Shown here: positions 47,921-58,054 of the stretch, piece after piece
Numbering within the stretch: the first letter of the stretch is position 1
How the letters are laid out: every line of letters begins with the position of its first letter
Assembly (NCBI GenBank): GCA_963665815.1
Contig: OY762463.1
Span: forward strand, 1,184,001-1,248,000
Reading direction: 5' to 3'
Source of the DNA: Candidatus Cloacimonadales bacterium
GTDB lineage: Bacteria; Cloacimonadota; Cloacimonadia; Cloacimonadales; JAIOQZ01
DNA: 64,000 nt
Translations under genes and position numbers: made by a program
Notes under the pieces: generated by a model
Told to the model about the DNA's origin: nothing
The model's database searches: none
The model's input: the letters and a program-made list of their open reading frames with translations, nothing else

Positions 47921-50524
47921 ATGATATACAAAGACAAAAACTACTCTATCCATGAAAGAGTTGAAGATTTGCTCTCAAGTATGACAATTGAAGAAAAATT
48001 CTGGCAGTTGTTTATGATTCCCGGAGATTTATCCGATGGAAAAGAGAAGTACAGACATGGAATATTTGGATTCCAGGTAGCAGCAAAAGGAAATACAACC
48101 AGTATTGCAGAACAGATACTTGATTACTCGGTCGGTTCTGCTGCAATAGATACTGCAGCACAAATCAATGAGATACAAAAATACTTCGTTGAGGAAACAA
48201 GACTTGGAATTCCGATTATACCTTTTGATGAAACACTTCACGGCTTAATCCGTAAAGGAGCAACTGCATTTCCTCAGTCAATTGCACTTGCTGCAAGCTG
48301 GAATACTGATCTGGTTAAGAATGTATCTCAGGCAATTGTAGATGAAACAAGAAGCAGGGGTATCCGACAATCTCTATCTCCTGTAATTAACATTGCGCGG
48401 GATGTCCGCTGGGGGCGAACTGAAGAAACATACGGTGAAGATCCATACCTCACAAAAGAAATGGCTCATGCTTATATATCGTCTTTTGAGCAGTCTGGAG
48501 TAATAACAACTCCCAAACACTTCATTGCCAATGTCGGTGATGGAGGGAGAGACAGTTATCCGATTCACTTTAATGAAAGACTTATGGAAGAAATCTATTT
48601 CCCTGCATTTAAAACATGTTTCGAGAAAGCCGGTGCAAGATCAGTAATGACTGCTTACAACTCATACGACGGAAGACAATGTACAGCTAATAGCTACTTG
48701 CTAAATGAAAAGCTTAAAAAAGAATGGGAGTTTGATGGTTTTGTTATTACAGATGCCGGAGCAATTGGTGGAGCATCAGTGTTGCACTTCACAGCAGATG
48801 GTTATGATGATGCTACAGCACAAGCTTTTAACAATGGTCTTGATGTTATCTTCCAGACATCCTACGATCACTATCCACTATTCATCAAAGCCTTTGAAGA
48901 TGGTCTAATCCCTGAAAAAGTTATTGATAACGCAGTAAAACGAGTTCTGAAAGCAAAATTTGAACTTGGATTGTTCGAGAATCCTTACGTTGAAGTTGAA
49001 AAAGCCAGAGACATCAATGGTTGTAAGAAACACAGAGAACTTGCCTATAAAGCTGCATGTGAATCAATTACACTATTGAAAAACGGCAATTCTATTTTGC
49101 CTTTATCCGAAAATTTTAAGAAAGTAGCAATTATTGGAAATGATGCTGTTGAAGCACGTCTGGGAGGTTACTCAGGTCCAGGAAACAATCCCATAAGTAT
49201 TCTTAATGGTATAAAAAGCAGGTTTAATCCCGATGTAGAAATCCGTTATGCTGATGGAGTTCCTCGAACCCATTCAAATTATGTTACAATCCCTACTAAC
49301 TGTCTGAGTCATTCTGACGAAGGAAAAGAAGCCCCCGGATTGATAGGAGAATATTTCAATAACATAGATATGAAAGGCAAACCTGAATTAGATAGAATAG
49401 ATAATCATATAGATTTTGGTTGGACACTATTCTCACCAGATCCTGACAAAATAAATTTCGATTTCTATTCTGCGAGATGGACTGGCATCTTAACACCTTC
49501 TGAATCCGGTACTTTCAATATTGGAGTTACAGGTGATGACGGATACAGACTATTTATAAATAATGTACTACTGATTGATAACTGGAAGAAACAGACTTTC
49601 AGGACAGTTACCGTACCTTATGAATTCTCAGCTAAACAAAAATATGACCTAAGGCTTGAGTTTTTTGAGTCGACAGGAAACGCCAGAATTAAATTGATCT
49701 GGGATTTGGGAATTGATTCAGGAACATCAACCAGAATTAATGAAGCTGTAAAAGCCGCATCAGATAGTGATATTGCAATAATTACAGCAGGAATTGAAGA
49801 AGGTGAATTCCGGGACAGAGCAATGCTGAATCTACCAGGTTATCAGGAAGAGCTTATAAACAAAGTTGCAGAAACAGGAACACCTGTTGTTGTTCTTATT
49901 GTCGGAGGAAGTGCCGTTACCATGAACAACTGGATCGATAATGTTGAAGGAATCCTGCATGTCTGGTATCCCGGTGAAGAAGGTGGTAATGCAATAGCAG
50001 ATACCATTCTTGGACATAATAATCCGGCAGGACGACTTCCAATAACATTCCCGATTTCTGAAGCCCAACTTCCATTGTATTATAACCATAAACCAACCGG
50101 TCGTGGAGATGATTACAACAACCTTACCGGCAAACCTTTATTTCCGTTTGGTTTTGGATTAAGCTTTACTTCTTTTAAATATTCTGATGCATCTTTGAAA
50201 AAAAATAAAATAGCTTCTGATGAAAATGTTACAATAACATTTAAAATCACAAACACTGGCGATTATGATGGTGATGAGGTTATACAATTGTATATCCGAG
50301 ATGTGTTGGCTTCTGTTGCTCAACCGATTATGCAGTTAAAAGGATTTCAGAGAATTCATTTGAAATCAGGGGAATCAAAAATTATTGAGTTTGTAATCAC
50401 TCCGGAAATGCTGTCAATTTTAGATGAAAGTCTGAATAGAGTTGTGGAACCGGGTGAATTCAGAATAATGATTGGAGCATCATCAAATGATATACGTTTA
50501 AGAGAGATTTTGACAGTAGAATAA
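47921..50524 (+). CDS. GH3 beta-glucosidase/xylosidase with PA14 insertion and Fn3-like C-terminus
   Basis: RDVRWGRTEETYGED, KHF, VITDAG, WYPGEEGG, LFPFGFGLS, EVIQLY; PA14 GDDGYRL. Confidence 0.93.
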   Translation: MIYKDKNYSIHERVEDLLSSMTIEEKFWQLFMIPGDLSDGKEKYRHGIFGFQVAAKGNTTSIAEQILDYSVGSAAIDTAAQINEIQKYFVEETRLGIPIIPFDETLHGLIRKGATAFPQSIALAASWNTDLVKNVSQAIVDETRSRGIRQSLSPVINIARDVRWGRTEETYGEDPYLTKEMAHAYISSFEQSGVITTPKHFIANVGDGGRDSYPIHFNERLMEEIYFPAFKTCFEKAGARSVMTAYNSYDGRQCTANSYLLNEKLKKEWEFDGFVITDAGAIGGASVLHFTADGYDDATAQAFNNGLDVIFQTSYDHYPLFIKAFEDGLIPEKVIDNAVKRVLKAKFELGLFENPYVEVEKARDINGCKKHRELAYKAACESITLLKNGNSILPLSENFKKVAIIGNDAVEARLGGYSGPGNNPISILNGIKSRFNPDVEIRYADGVPRTHSNYVTIPTNCLSHSDEGKEAPGLIGEYFNNIDMKGKPELDRIDNHIDFGWTLFSPDPDKINFDFYSARWTGILTPSESGTFNIGVTGDDGYRLFINNVLLIDNWKKQTFRTVTVPYEFSAKQKYDLRLEFFESTGNARIKLIWDLGIDSGTSTRINEAVKAASDSDIAIITAGIEEGEFRDRAMLNLPGYQEELINKVAETGTPVVVLIVGGSAVTMNNWIDNVEGILHVWYPGEEGGNAIADTILGHNNPAGRLPITFPISEAQLPLYYNHKPTGRGDDYNNLTGKPLFPFGFGLSFTSFKYSDASLKKNKIASDENVTITFKITNTGDYDGDEVIQLYIRDVLASVAQPIMQLKGFQRIHLKSGESKIIEFVITPEMLSILDESLNRVVEPGEFRIMIGASSNDIRLREILTVE

Positions 50525-50650
50525 ATCTAAGTCTCCTGATCGACATAGAGTTGACGCTATGTCTTTATGTTCATTAATTAATGCAGAGTCAATAGCGTAC
50601 TTACATCTATGATAGTGTTGCAAACTAAAAATCTACGTGTTTTCATTACG

Positions 50651-50682
50651 AAAAAAAGGCTGAAGATAATCTCAACAGCCTT
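50651..50682 (-). terminator. Intrinsic terminator
   Basis: AAGGCTG/CAGCCTT with an A-run. Confidence 0.65.
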
Positions 50683-50701
50683 ATGTCTTTTATCAAAGAT
50701 A

Positions 50702-51583
50702 TTATCTGTAAATTCCTATTCCAAGTGCTTTACCAATATTTGCATTTTCATCAATTACCGGTTCAATGATTGGAGTCATTGAAGAAAGCAGAGTTGTTAC
50801 TCCAGGACCATGACCTGCATATTTACAATCACCATGAATAATAATACCTATTGTCACTGCACCTTCTCTCCAGCTTCTTCCGTAAACATTATCATGATTC
50901 ACAATTGCTACGAAATCACCGAATCTGAGATTCATAAGGTTATGTTTTTTCAGATATTCCTTGTCTGTTGTCATGATGTCATAGTCACCTGTTCCCATTG
51001 AAAGCGAACCAACTCCGGAACCCATAAGCTCTCCCGGTACAATTGCACTGACAGGAACCTGAAGTTTTCCGTCCTTTTCTTTGATGTTCATCTTCTGAAG
51101 AAGATCCGGATCAAGATTGTAAGCATGTACATCAGGATAATCAAGAAGTTTTAATCCCTGTCCCCAGCCTTTAATGAGGAACTTATCATCAAGAGTAAGC
51201 TCATCAAGGACATCCTGAGGAAAATCAATGATAATATGCTCAGCTCCACCATGGTGACCTGTTACAATACCAGTTTTGCCTTTCAGGTCTCCGGTTATAA
51301 CTTTAGCAGTATTACCAATACATGAATAATAGTGATATCCACGGTTCTTAGGGTTGTAAGAATCTTTCTGTTCTCTGATTGTAGATACACCAGGCTCGAT
51401 ATGATCGGATTCCCAACCATAAACGGAATCACCTATTTTGATGTTATAAACAATACCGCCAGTTCCTGGAACAGTAAATGGAACACCATTACTGTCTACA
51501 CCAAAACTACTGCGATATGCAGGAGCAGACACTGTTCCCTGTACGGACATCATTACAACTTTTTCGCTGTTTGTTCTCAGCAT
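50702..51583 (-). CDS. DUF4438-family protein
   Basis: PGTGGI, DHIEPGVS, CIGN, GHHGGAEH, MGSG, DYDI, GHGPGVT. Confidence 0.8.
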   Translation of the reverse strand: MLRTNSEKVVMMSVQGTVSAPAYRSSFGVDSNGVPFTVPGTGGIVYNIKIGDSVYGWESDHIEPGVSTIREQKDSYNPKNRGYHYYSCIGNTAKVITGDLKGKTGIVTGHHGGAEHIIIDFPQDVLDELTLDDKFLIKGWGQGLKLLDYPDVHAYNLDPDLLQKMNIKEKDGKLQVPVSAIVPGELMGSGVGSLSMGTGDYDIMTTDKEYLKKHNLMNLRFGDFVAIVNHDNVYGRSWREGAVTIGIIIHGDCKYAGHGPGVTTLLSSMTPIIEPVIDENANIGKALGIGIYR

Positions 51584-51945
51584 AACTAACCTCCGATACG
51601 TAATTTATCTTGTTAAATAATTATCTCTTTATCCAGATAAAATCAAAATATTATATTGGTGTCTTCTGTAAAGTTTAATCTTTGTCTGTCAGGGTGAAAC
51701 CATTTCAGATCTTTTACATAATTGTGAAATTTTAAGTTAGATTTTATGTAAGTAAGGTCAAAAACATATAATCTATTTCTACCTCAATTTGTATTTTCTA
51801 TAAGTATATTAAATACAACCAAGCTTGCCGAAATCTATCAACAGGCTGTTTCAGGTTTAAGTATACGATCCATTTTAATTGTTGAGATTTTAGCATAATT
51901 GGGATTTTTGACTCGATTGAGGTATTATTAAAAGCTCTCTTGTTC

Positions 51946-52219
51946 CTATTCGTATCTCAAAGCATCTATAGGATTCAGGTTTGCCGCCTTTCTCGCCGGA
52001 TAGTACCCGAAGAAAATTCCGACTGCTCCGGAAAAGCTGAATGCGGTAAGAATCACCAGAGGACTGAGTACCGTATACAATGGTGTGAATTTATCAATAA
52101 ACAAGCTTATAGCCACTGCCAGAGTAATCCCGATTATACCATCGGCCATTCATTTTCCAGTATGTATAAACGGCACCAACCAGAACTAGCATCACGAGCA
52201 TTGATATTATTTTTTTTAT
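51946..52219 (-). pseudogene. Deletion remnant: MacA-like N-terminal anchor joined to the MacB/FtsX permease C-terminus
   Basis: C-terminal [25 protein letters not shown]; upstream, in another frame, (ATA)KKIISMLVMLVLVGAVYTYWK after a GAGGA RBS. Confidence 0.75.
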
Positions 52220-52260
52220 TGTTCTTTCCTCAAGTATTCAAGCTCTAATGTCATTGTGAC

Positions 52261-52644
52261 TTATCTTCTGTTATCTCGTTTGCGAACATTGTGGAAAGCA
52301 TCTCTGCGTTTATCCTGCATCTTACTGAACTTCTTAATCTGCTCTTTATCGAGATGCTCAATTACTCTTTTATCATACTCACTTTTCTCTTCACGAAATT
52401 TCTTCAGAGCTTTAAATCGTTCATCCCGTGTAGCATTTTTTCCTGGTCTGTTCTTTTCCATAAAAGCTGTTCTTTCGAGAATTATCGGTCTGATATTTTT
52501 GATCTGTTCCTCAGATAGATCGAGTTCCTTTGTATAAGATTTCATTATCCAGTCAGTTCGTTTTACAACATCTTCGCTATAATCTTCTGCGAATGCTATT
52601 GAAAACATTAGTACAAGTACGATCAGGATTAAAACTTTCTTCAT
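52261..52644 (-). CDS. Exported helical protein, Spy/CpxP/LTXXQ-like
   Basis: Signal peptide ending AFA; LDLSEEQ and HLDKEQ repeats; AAGGAG RBS. Confidence 0.7.
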   Translation of the reverse strand: MKKVLILIVLVLMFSIAFAEDYSEDVVKRTDWIMKSYTKELDLSEEQIKNIRPIILERTAFMEKNRPGKNATRDERFKALKKFREEKSEYDKRVIEHLDKEQIKKFSKMQDKRRDAFHNVRKRDNRR

Positions 52645-52894
52645 GATAAACTCCTTTGTTTTTGTTGTTTTCAATTTGTAATACTCTACTATGAGTCTGA
52701 GTCTGCGAACTTTCCTGAGAATTTTAAATAAAATCCCAGTGCTGGCAGCTAAATCATTAAGGAGATTTGAATAACAGAAGGATATTTAGTCGCTAATTTG
52801 GTGGAAGTAGCAGCTATATGTTAAAGCGTTTTTATCAAAACAGGAATATCTGAAGAAAAAGATCTTGTTAGATTTAACAGAGCTACAAGCTCTT

Positions 52895-53597
52895 GTAGGA
52901 AACAATGATTATTGTTCTCTGTTTAGTTTCTGCTTGTAAGAAATACAGATTTCGTGAAGAATTCGCAGAATTATTCAGAAACTACGTTCGACTTTACACG
53001 CCTAAATTGACAAGAATATTCTCTCTTTGCTCTTTCTTCCAGTTTACCGGATTTTCATTTATATACGCTCTTATCTTTTCTAATGATTTCTGATTTCGTA
53101 CAATATGATCATAAAAGGATTTCTGCCATTGGAAATCTGGATAACCGTTTTCTCTCATGAATTTTGTCACTCCAATTTTAAAACCACGAATGATTGAAGA
53201 CAAAGATTTTGTTAGATATGATTGAACAACAGGTTCTTGTAGGGAACAATGATTATTGTTCCGTTTATAATCCTCACCTGCATTATCTATGAAAATTATT
53301 CCATGAATATGATTTGGCATGATAACAAAATCCCCCAAATTAACACATGGAAAGTGCTCTGGTATTTTAAGCCAGCAGTCTTTCGCATATAGCCCATGAG
53401 TATTCAATATCAATTTTTCGTTATGTATCACACTAAAATAATCAAATCTATCTTTTGTACACAATGTCACAAAGTAACATCCATTCGAAGAATAATCAAA
53501 ACGTTTTAGACGATTCAGTTTTCTTATGGGATATTGCTTTTTGCTGTCCATGTTATTCTCACCCAATTTTTGCGGAACAATGATTATTGTTCCCTAC
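52895..53597. repeat. Three GTAG-type REP palindromes (52895-52921, 53239-53264, 53573-53597)
   Basis: Shared core (GTAG)GGAACAATGATTATTGTTCC(CTAC). Confidence 0.85.
52994..53551 (-). mobile_element. REP-associated tyrosine (Y1/HUH) transposase, RAYT
   Basis: RLKRFDYS...YFVTLCT, VIMPNHIHGII (HUH), IIRGFK, WQKSFYDHIVRN, YINENP; flanked by REPs. Confidence 0.9.
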
Positions 53598-53636
53598 GTT
53601 CGACGTTACACGTCGATATTGACAGGGATCTTTTCA

Positions 53637-54515
53637 TTACTTCTTCCTCTCACCAATTCTTATTTTGGTATACTTCATGTCTGTAACGTCAAGAACTTCA
53701 TTTCCATCACCAGAAATTCGCAGGTTATACTCGATTACTCCACCACCTCTGGTAAAAGAGACTATCAATTCTTTTGTCTTTATATCAAATACTCTAATTC
53801 TTCCTTTATAGCTGACAATAACCCTACCAGCCTGTTTGTTTGAGGGACAACCAGCACTTTTAATTGTCATAAGTTTTTTGCCCGTATCAACATCTACAAG
53901 ACTTCCTCCTTCACATACTAACATCGATCCATCTGCTGATCAGTATTTTGGAGAAAGGCTGCATCCTATTGACTCACTTGTTACTACACGTCCATCTTCG
54001 TATACCAGAGCAGAGCCAGAATCATCTGAAACCAAAAAGTATCCTGTATCCATTAGTTTCCAGTACTTCTGCTTTGGCTTTATATAATTGAATGTTTTAT
54101 AAGTGTATCCATCTCTTTTAATTACTATATCTCTAACTTTGTTATTCTCTAAAATATCTCCATAAGTCAAATATTTACCATACTTAGACCATCTCCACGC
54201 GAAATGAGTCCCCAGTTCAACCCTATTAATATTTGAGTCAAAGCTGGTTAAAGTTTGCCTGAATTCAGGATAATCAGGATTTGTACTAATTCTGATTGAA
54301 TGTAACTCAAAAAGTAGATCACCAGCACTGGTCTCCGTAGCCTGAGAAAGTTTGTACTCTCCAGTAAGTGGTTTATCAAAATACTTCTGTTTTAGAACAG
54401 TATAATTATGTGTTCCCTCTTTAGTTCTGTAGTTAAATCCACTGTCATACTCAATTTCCCCATTTAATAGTGCAACTATAAAGAAAGCTAATATGAAAAA
54501 TGTAATCTTCTTCAT
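53637..54515 (-). pseudogene. Exported TolB/WD40-like protein interrupted by one in-frame TGA
   Basis: ORFs 53940-54515 and 53637-53924 are in the same frame: SPKY*SADGSML. Confidence 0.65.
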
Positions 54516-54618
54516 TATCTCATGCCTTAGATATCATATTTATTGCTTGTCAACTCATAAAAAATTTAATTTCGAGTACATTCAGAATGTGTGGAGAAGC
54601 GCATAAAAACTATGATTC

Positions 54619-54990
54619 CTACATCAACCCGGAAAACACATACAGAATTATTCCCATAACAGAAACAACAGCCATCAGAATCAGTGAAACACTGAATCGG
54701 TCGCTTTTTCTGCGAGCTCTTTTCTTGTTGATGATAAGCCCGATTACACTCACAATCAAGCCGAGAATCATAGTCAGGAACAAAACAAATGCCGTATCGG
54801 GGTTCCAGTCAGTATTCTTCTTCACATCATAAAAACGATCGAAAAATGTCACATTATCCGGTCTTGCCTTCTGATACAGAATCAGAGCAACAAACATTAT
54901 AGCCCAGCTTGCCATGGCAAACCAGCTTATCATTTTGAACCAGATATCTTTTCTGCGTCTTCTGTCTCTAAATCCTGATCTATGTTCCAT
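54619..54990 (-). CDS. Three-TM hypothetical membrane protein, paralog of 36101-36535
   Basis: DRRRRKDIWFKMISWF..SW and INKKRARRKSD. Confidence 0.75.
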   Translation of the reverse strand: MEHRSGFRDRRRRKDIWFKMISWFAMASWAIMFVALILYQKARPDNVTFFDRFYDVKKNTDWNPDTAFVLFLTMILGLIVSVIGLIINKKRARRKSDRFSVSLILMAVVSVMGIILYVFSGLM

Positions 54991-54995
54991 ACTGA

Positions 54996-57900
54996 CTAAA
55001 TCTTCCTTTCAATTTCTCTTCTTTTTTTACGAGACATAAAGTAGTACAGAATAGGCGTAACAGTCAACACAAAAATTGTTGAAGTCACCATTCCACCAAT
55101 CGTAGAAAATGCCAGCATCCTCCAGTAATCACCTGTTTCCATTTTCGTACTGAAAACCATTGGCATTAATCCGAGTATAGTTGTAAGGGATGTCATGATA
55201 ATTGGTGTAATCCTCTCTTTTGAAGCCTGGATCACAGCATGCAGCAGGTTTTTATATGAGTGATATTTAACAATATGCTGAACAAGTATTATGGAATTAT
55301 TTACAACAATTCCTGTAAGCAGGAGTAGTCCGACTCTCGCTGTTGGTTCAAACGCTGTATCAGTGATATAAAAAATCAATGCAATACCAATAAAAGCAAA
55401 TGGCAATGTCAGAATAATAATGAAAGGGTACAAAAAAGACTCAAATAATGAAGCAAGCACCATATATACAAGTATGATTGCAAATAGAAGAAGCATATTG
55501 ACCTGATTTTTATCTTCATCAAAGCTGGCATATCCCTGCTCTTTCTGAAACTTGAATCCTTCCGGTAAAGGATAGTTTTTTTTAACCCATTTTATAAAGC
55601 TTTGACTTTTTCTTCCGGATCCCCTGAAATCGAAGGATATGTTTCTTGTGTACATTTCATTGCTTCTGCTTATTGAAGGAAGTTTTTCCGTTTTCTCAAT
55701 TTCCGCTATTTCGGCAAGCTTGACAAAACCACCTGAGGAAACCGGAATTCTGAGTGATCTGAGATCTTCTATTGAGAACCTGTTATAGTTCTTGTCCTTT
55801 ATAAGAAATGAGTATGTCTTATCATTTATCTTCTTTGCAAAATTCTTGCTGTTCGAAGCTGCTTTTCCTGAAATATATCTGATAATCTCATATATATTCG
55901 TATTAAACTTAGCTATCATCTCTCTATTGAATTCTATTGTATATTCATAGAGTTTTCCACTGGAGTACCAACCTGTAGAATTAGGGTCGACATTAACAAC
56001 TCTTCTGGATGCTTTTTCGAGAAAAAGCCCGAAATGTTCTGCAACTTCTGTTAGCTGATCATACTCAAAACCGTTTATAGTAATTGTATGAGCACTCGAT
56101 GTTCCAAAACCGGTAGCTCCGAATGATGGTCCAAAACCGGATATCCTGATTCTGGAATTACCAAGATTAGTTGCAAAAGCCTTTAGTTTTTCACGTGTAA
56201 TCAAAGGATAAGAAGTCTGTTTTGTCTCTTCATCGAAATCAACTCGAATATAAGCATTTCTGTTCCTTACAGTTGTCTCATATGACACGATGCCTTCTGT
56301 TTTCTCCAACTGCTCTTCAAATTTCTCTGCCAGATAGTTTACCTGTTCAACCCGGGTTCCTACCGGTAACTCAATTCTGATAGCAATGTAGCTGTCATCA
56401 GGCCAGTTCCAGGTGTTACCTTTATAAACCTTTTCCTTGTAAATCCAGATTGAATAAGCAAGAAGTCCCAGTACGAGAACAATCCATATATACCTGAATT
56501 TAATGAGAAACTTCAGAACTTTCTGGTAAATTCTGATAAGTATGCTTTCACGCTTTATCTTTATTTTTTTGATTACTGAAGCAGAAGTATGTTTCATTAC
56601 AAAAGGTATGAATGTAAAAGCAACCAGTAATGAGCTGAGCAGCGAAAAGACTATTGCATAAACAAATGGCATATAGAATATCTTCATGTCTGCTTTGAGA
56701 TAAAGGAAAGGTCCAAACACAATTATTGTTGTGAATGTTGATGCTGCAAGCGACAATGATACTTCCTTCACTCCTTGAGTTATAGCAACATTCAAATTCT
56801 GTATCTTTCTATGCAGCCTGTTGATGTTTTCAAAAATCACAATTGAATTATCTACAATCATACCGAATCCGATAGTCAATCCGGCAAGCGACAGTGAATT
56901 TAAGCCTATCTTGAACACATATAGAGCAATTACTGCAAGTGATTCTGATATAAAGATAGATAATAATACGTATACTGAAGACTGAATTCTACGTAAAAAC
57001 AACAGAAGAACCACAAAAATAATCAGTATTGAATACGCACCTCTTTTGAACAGAATTACAAGTTCTTTTCTGATAATTTTTGATTCATCTTCAAGAAGTG
57101 ATATTGTAACGTCCTCTGGAAATGCCGATTCATTGTCTGCGATAAGTTCTTTTATTCTGTCTGACAAACTAAGTGTATTTGCTGTAGGCTCTTTACTTAT
57201 AGACAGCTTTACCTGCGGCAATCCGTTACATCTGGTATATGTAGAGTATTTGGAAAATCCCGCTTCAATATCCGCGATTTCAGATAGTTTACATGTTTCA
57301 CCGGAATTGAGAGTAATCATGAGATTTCGTATCTCATTGACAGATTCTATTCTGTCACTTAATTCGACAAAAAATTCCTTCTGTTCGAATTTTACACTAC
57401 CGGGTGTAAATCTGCTTCCAATACTGGAAACATTAGTAACAATAGTAGAAGGTGACACATCCACATTGTCATGAACCAAAATCTGTACTTGAGGATTTCG
57501 AGTTCCACTAATGTTAACACCTGCAACATCTTCTACAGCATAAATCTTGTTAAGAATCGCTCTATTAATGAATTCCTCAATCTCTTCAGGTTCGTATGGT
57601 CCGGAAAATCCATATCGCAGGAATTCCTTTTCTCTGAATTCTTCAGGAATATAATCACTTATTTCAGGGTTGACACCATCAGGCAGCATATCCTTTACTA
57701 ACTGAATTCTTTCATTTAGCAGGAACCTGACGTAATCCATATCTGCATCCCGAGCAAATTCCAGAGTAACAGATGAGTATTGAAAACCAGAGTAAGAATA
57801 CACATTAACTACATCAGGAATTGCTGCTGCAATCTCTTCAAGTATATAGGTTACATGCGATTCTACTTCTTCAGGTGACGCATCAAGCCAGGATGCTCTA

Positions 57901-58043
57901 ACGCTTAATCTTGGATAAGACAAATCCGGTTTCAGAGCTAGTGGAATGTTCAATACTGAAAACACAAAAAGAGCGATAATGACTAATAAAAGCATCACAA
58001 TCGTTACAGGTCTCTTAATTGCAAATTCAGGTAAACTCAGCAT
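54996..58043 (-). CDS. RND efflux permease (AcrB/AcrD/AcrF family)
   Basis: AIKRPVT, ASPEEVE, GMIVDNSIVIFENI, YMVLASLFES, RITPIIMTSLTTILGL. Confidence 0.95.
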   Translation of the reverse strand: MLSLPEFAIKRPVTIVMLLLVIIALFVFSVLNIPLALKPDLSYPRLSVRASWLDASPEEVESHVTYILEEIAAAIPDVVNVYSYSGFQYSSVTLEFARDADMDYVRFLLNERIQLVKDMLPDGVNPEISDYIPEEFREKEFLRYGFSGPYEPEEIEEFINRAILNKIYAVEDVAGVNISGTRNPQVQILVHDNVDVSPSTIVTNVSSIGSRFTPGSVKFEQKEFFVELSDRIESVNEIRNLMITLNSGETCKLSEIADIEAGFSKYSTYTRCNGLPQVKLSISKEPTANTLSLSDRIKELIADNESAFPEDVTISLLEDESKIIRKELVILFKRGAYSILIIFVVLLLFLRRIQSSVYVLLSIFISESLAVIALYVFKIGLNSLSLAGLTIGFGMIVDNSIVIFENINRLHRKIQNLNVAITQGVKEVSLSLAASTFTTIIVFGPFLYLKADMKIFYMPFVYAIVFSLLSSLLVAFTFIPFVMKHTSASVIKKIKIKRESILIRIYQKVLKFLIKFRYIWIVLVLGLLAYSIWIYKEKVYKGNTWNWPDDSYIAIRIELPVGTRVEQVNYLAEKFEEQLEKTEGIVSYETTVRNRNAYIRVDFDEETKQTSYPLITREKLKAFATNLGNSRIRISGFGPSFGATGFGTSSAHTITINGFEYDQLTEVAEHFGLFLEKASRRVVNVDPNSTGWYSSGKLYEYTIEFNREMIAKFNTNIYEIIRYISGKAASNSKNFAKKINDKTYSFLIKDKNYNRFSIEDLRSLRIPVSSGGFVKLAEIAEIEKTEKLPSISRSNEMYTRNISFDFRGSGRKSQSFIKWVKKNYPLPEGFKFQKEQGYASFDEDKNQVNMLLLFAIILVYMVLASLFESFLYPFIIILTLPFAFIGIALIFYITDTAFEPTARVGLLLLTGIVVNNSIILVQHIVKYHSYKNLLHAVIQASKERITPIIMTSLTTILGLMPMVFSTKMETGDYWRMLAFSTIGGMVTSTIFVLTVTPILYYFMSRKKRREIERKI

Positions 58044-58054
58044 ATTTCTATCCG

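Noticed and set aside
53940-53942. Genome-wide TGA reassignment or selenocysteine
   Set aside because: TGA is a normal stop in several conserved genes here; the context suggests Trp and no SECIS is evident
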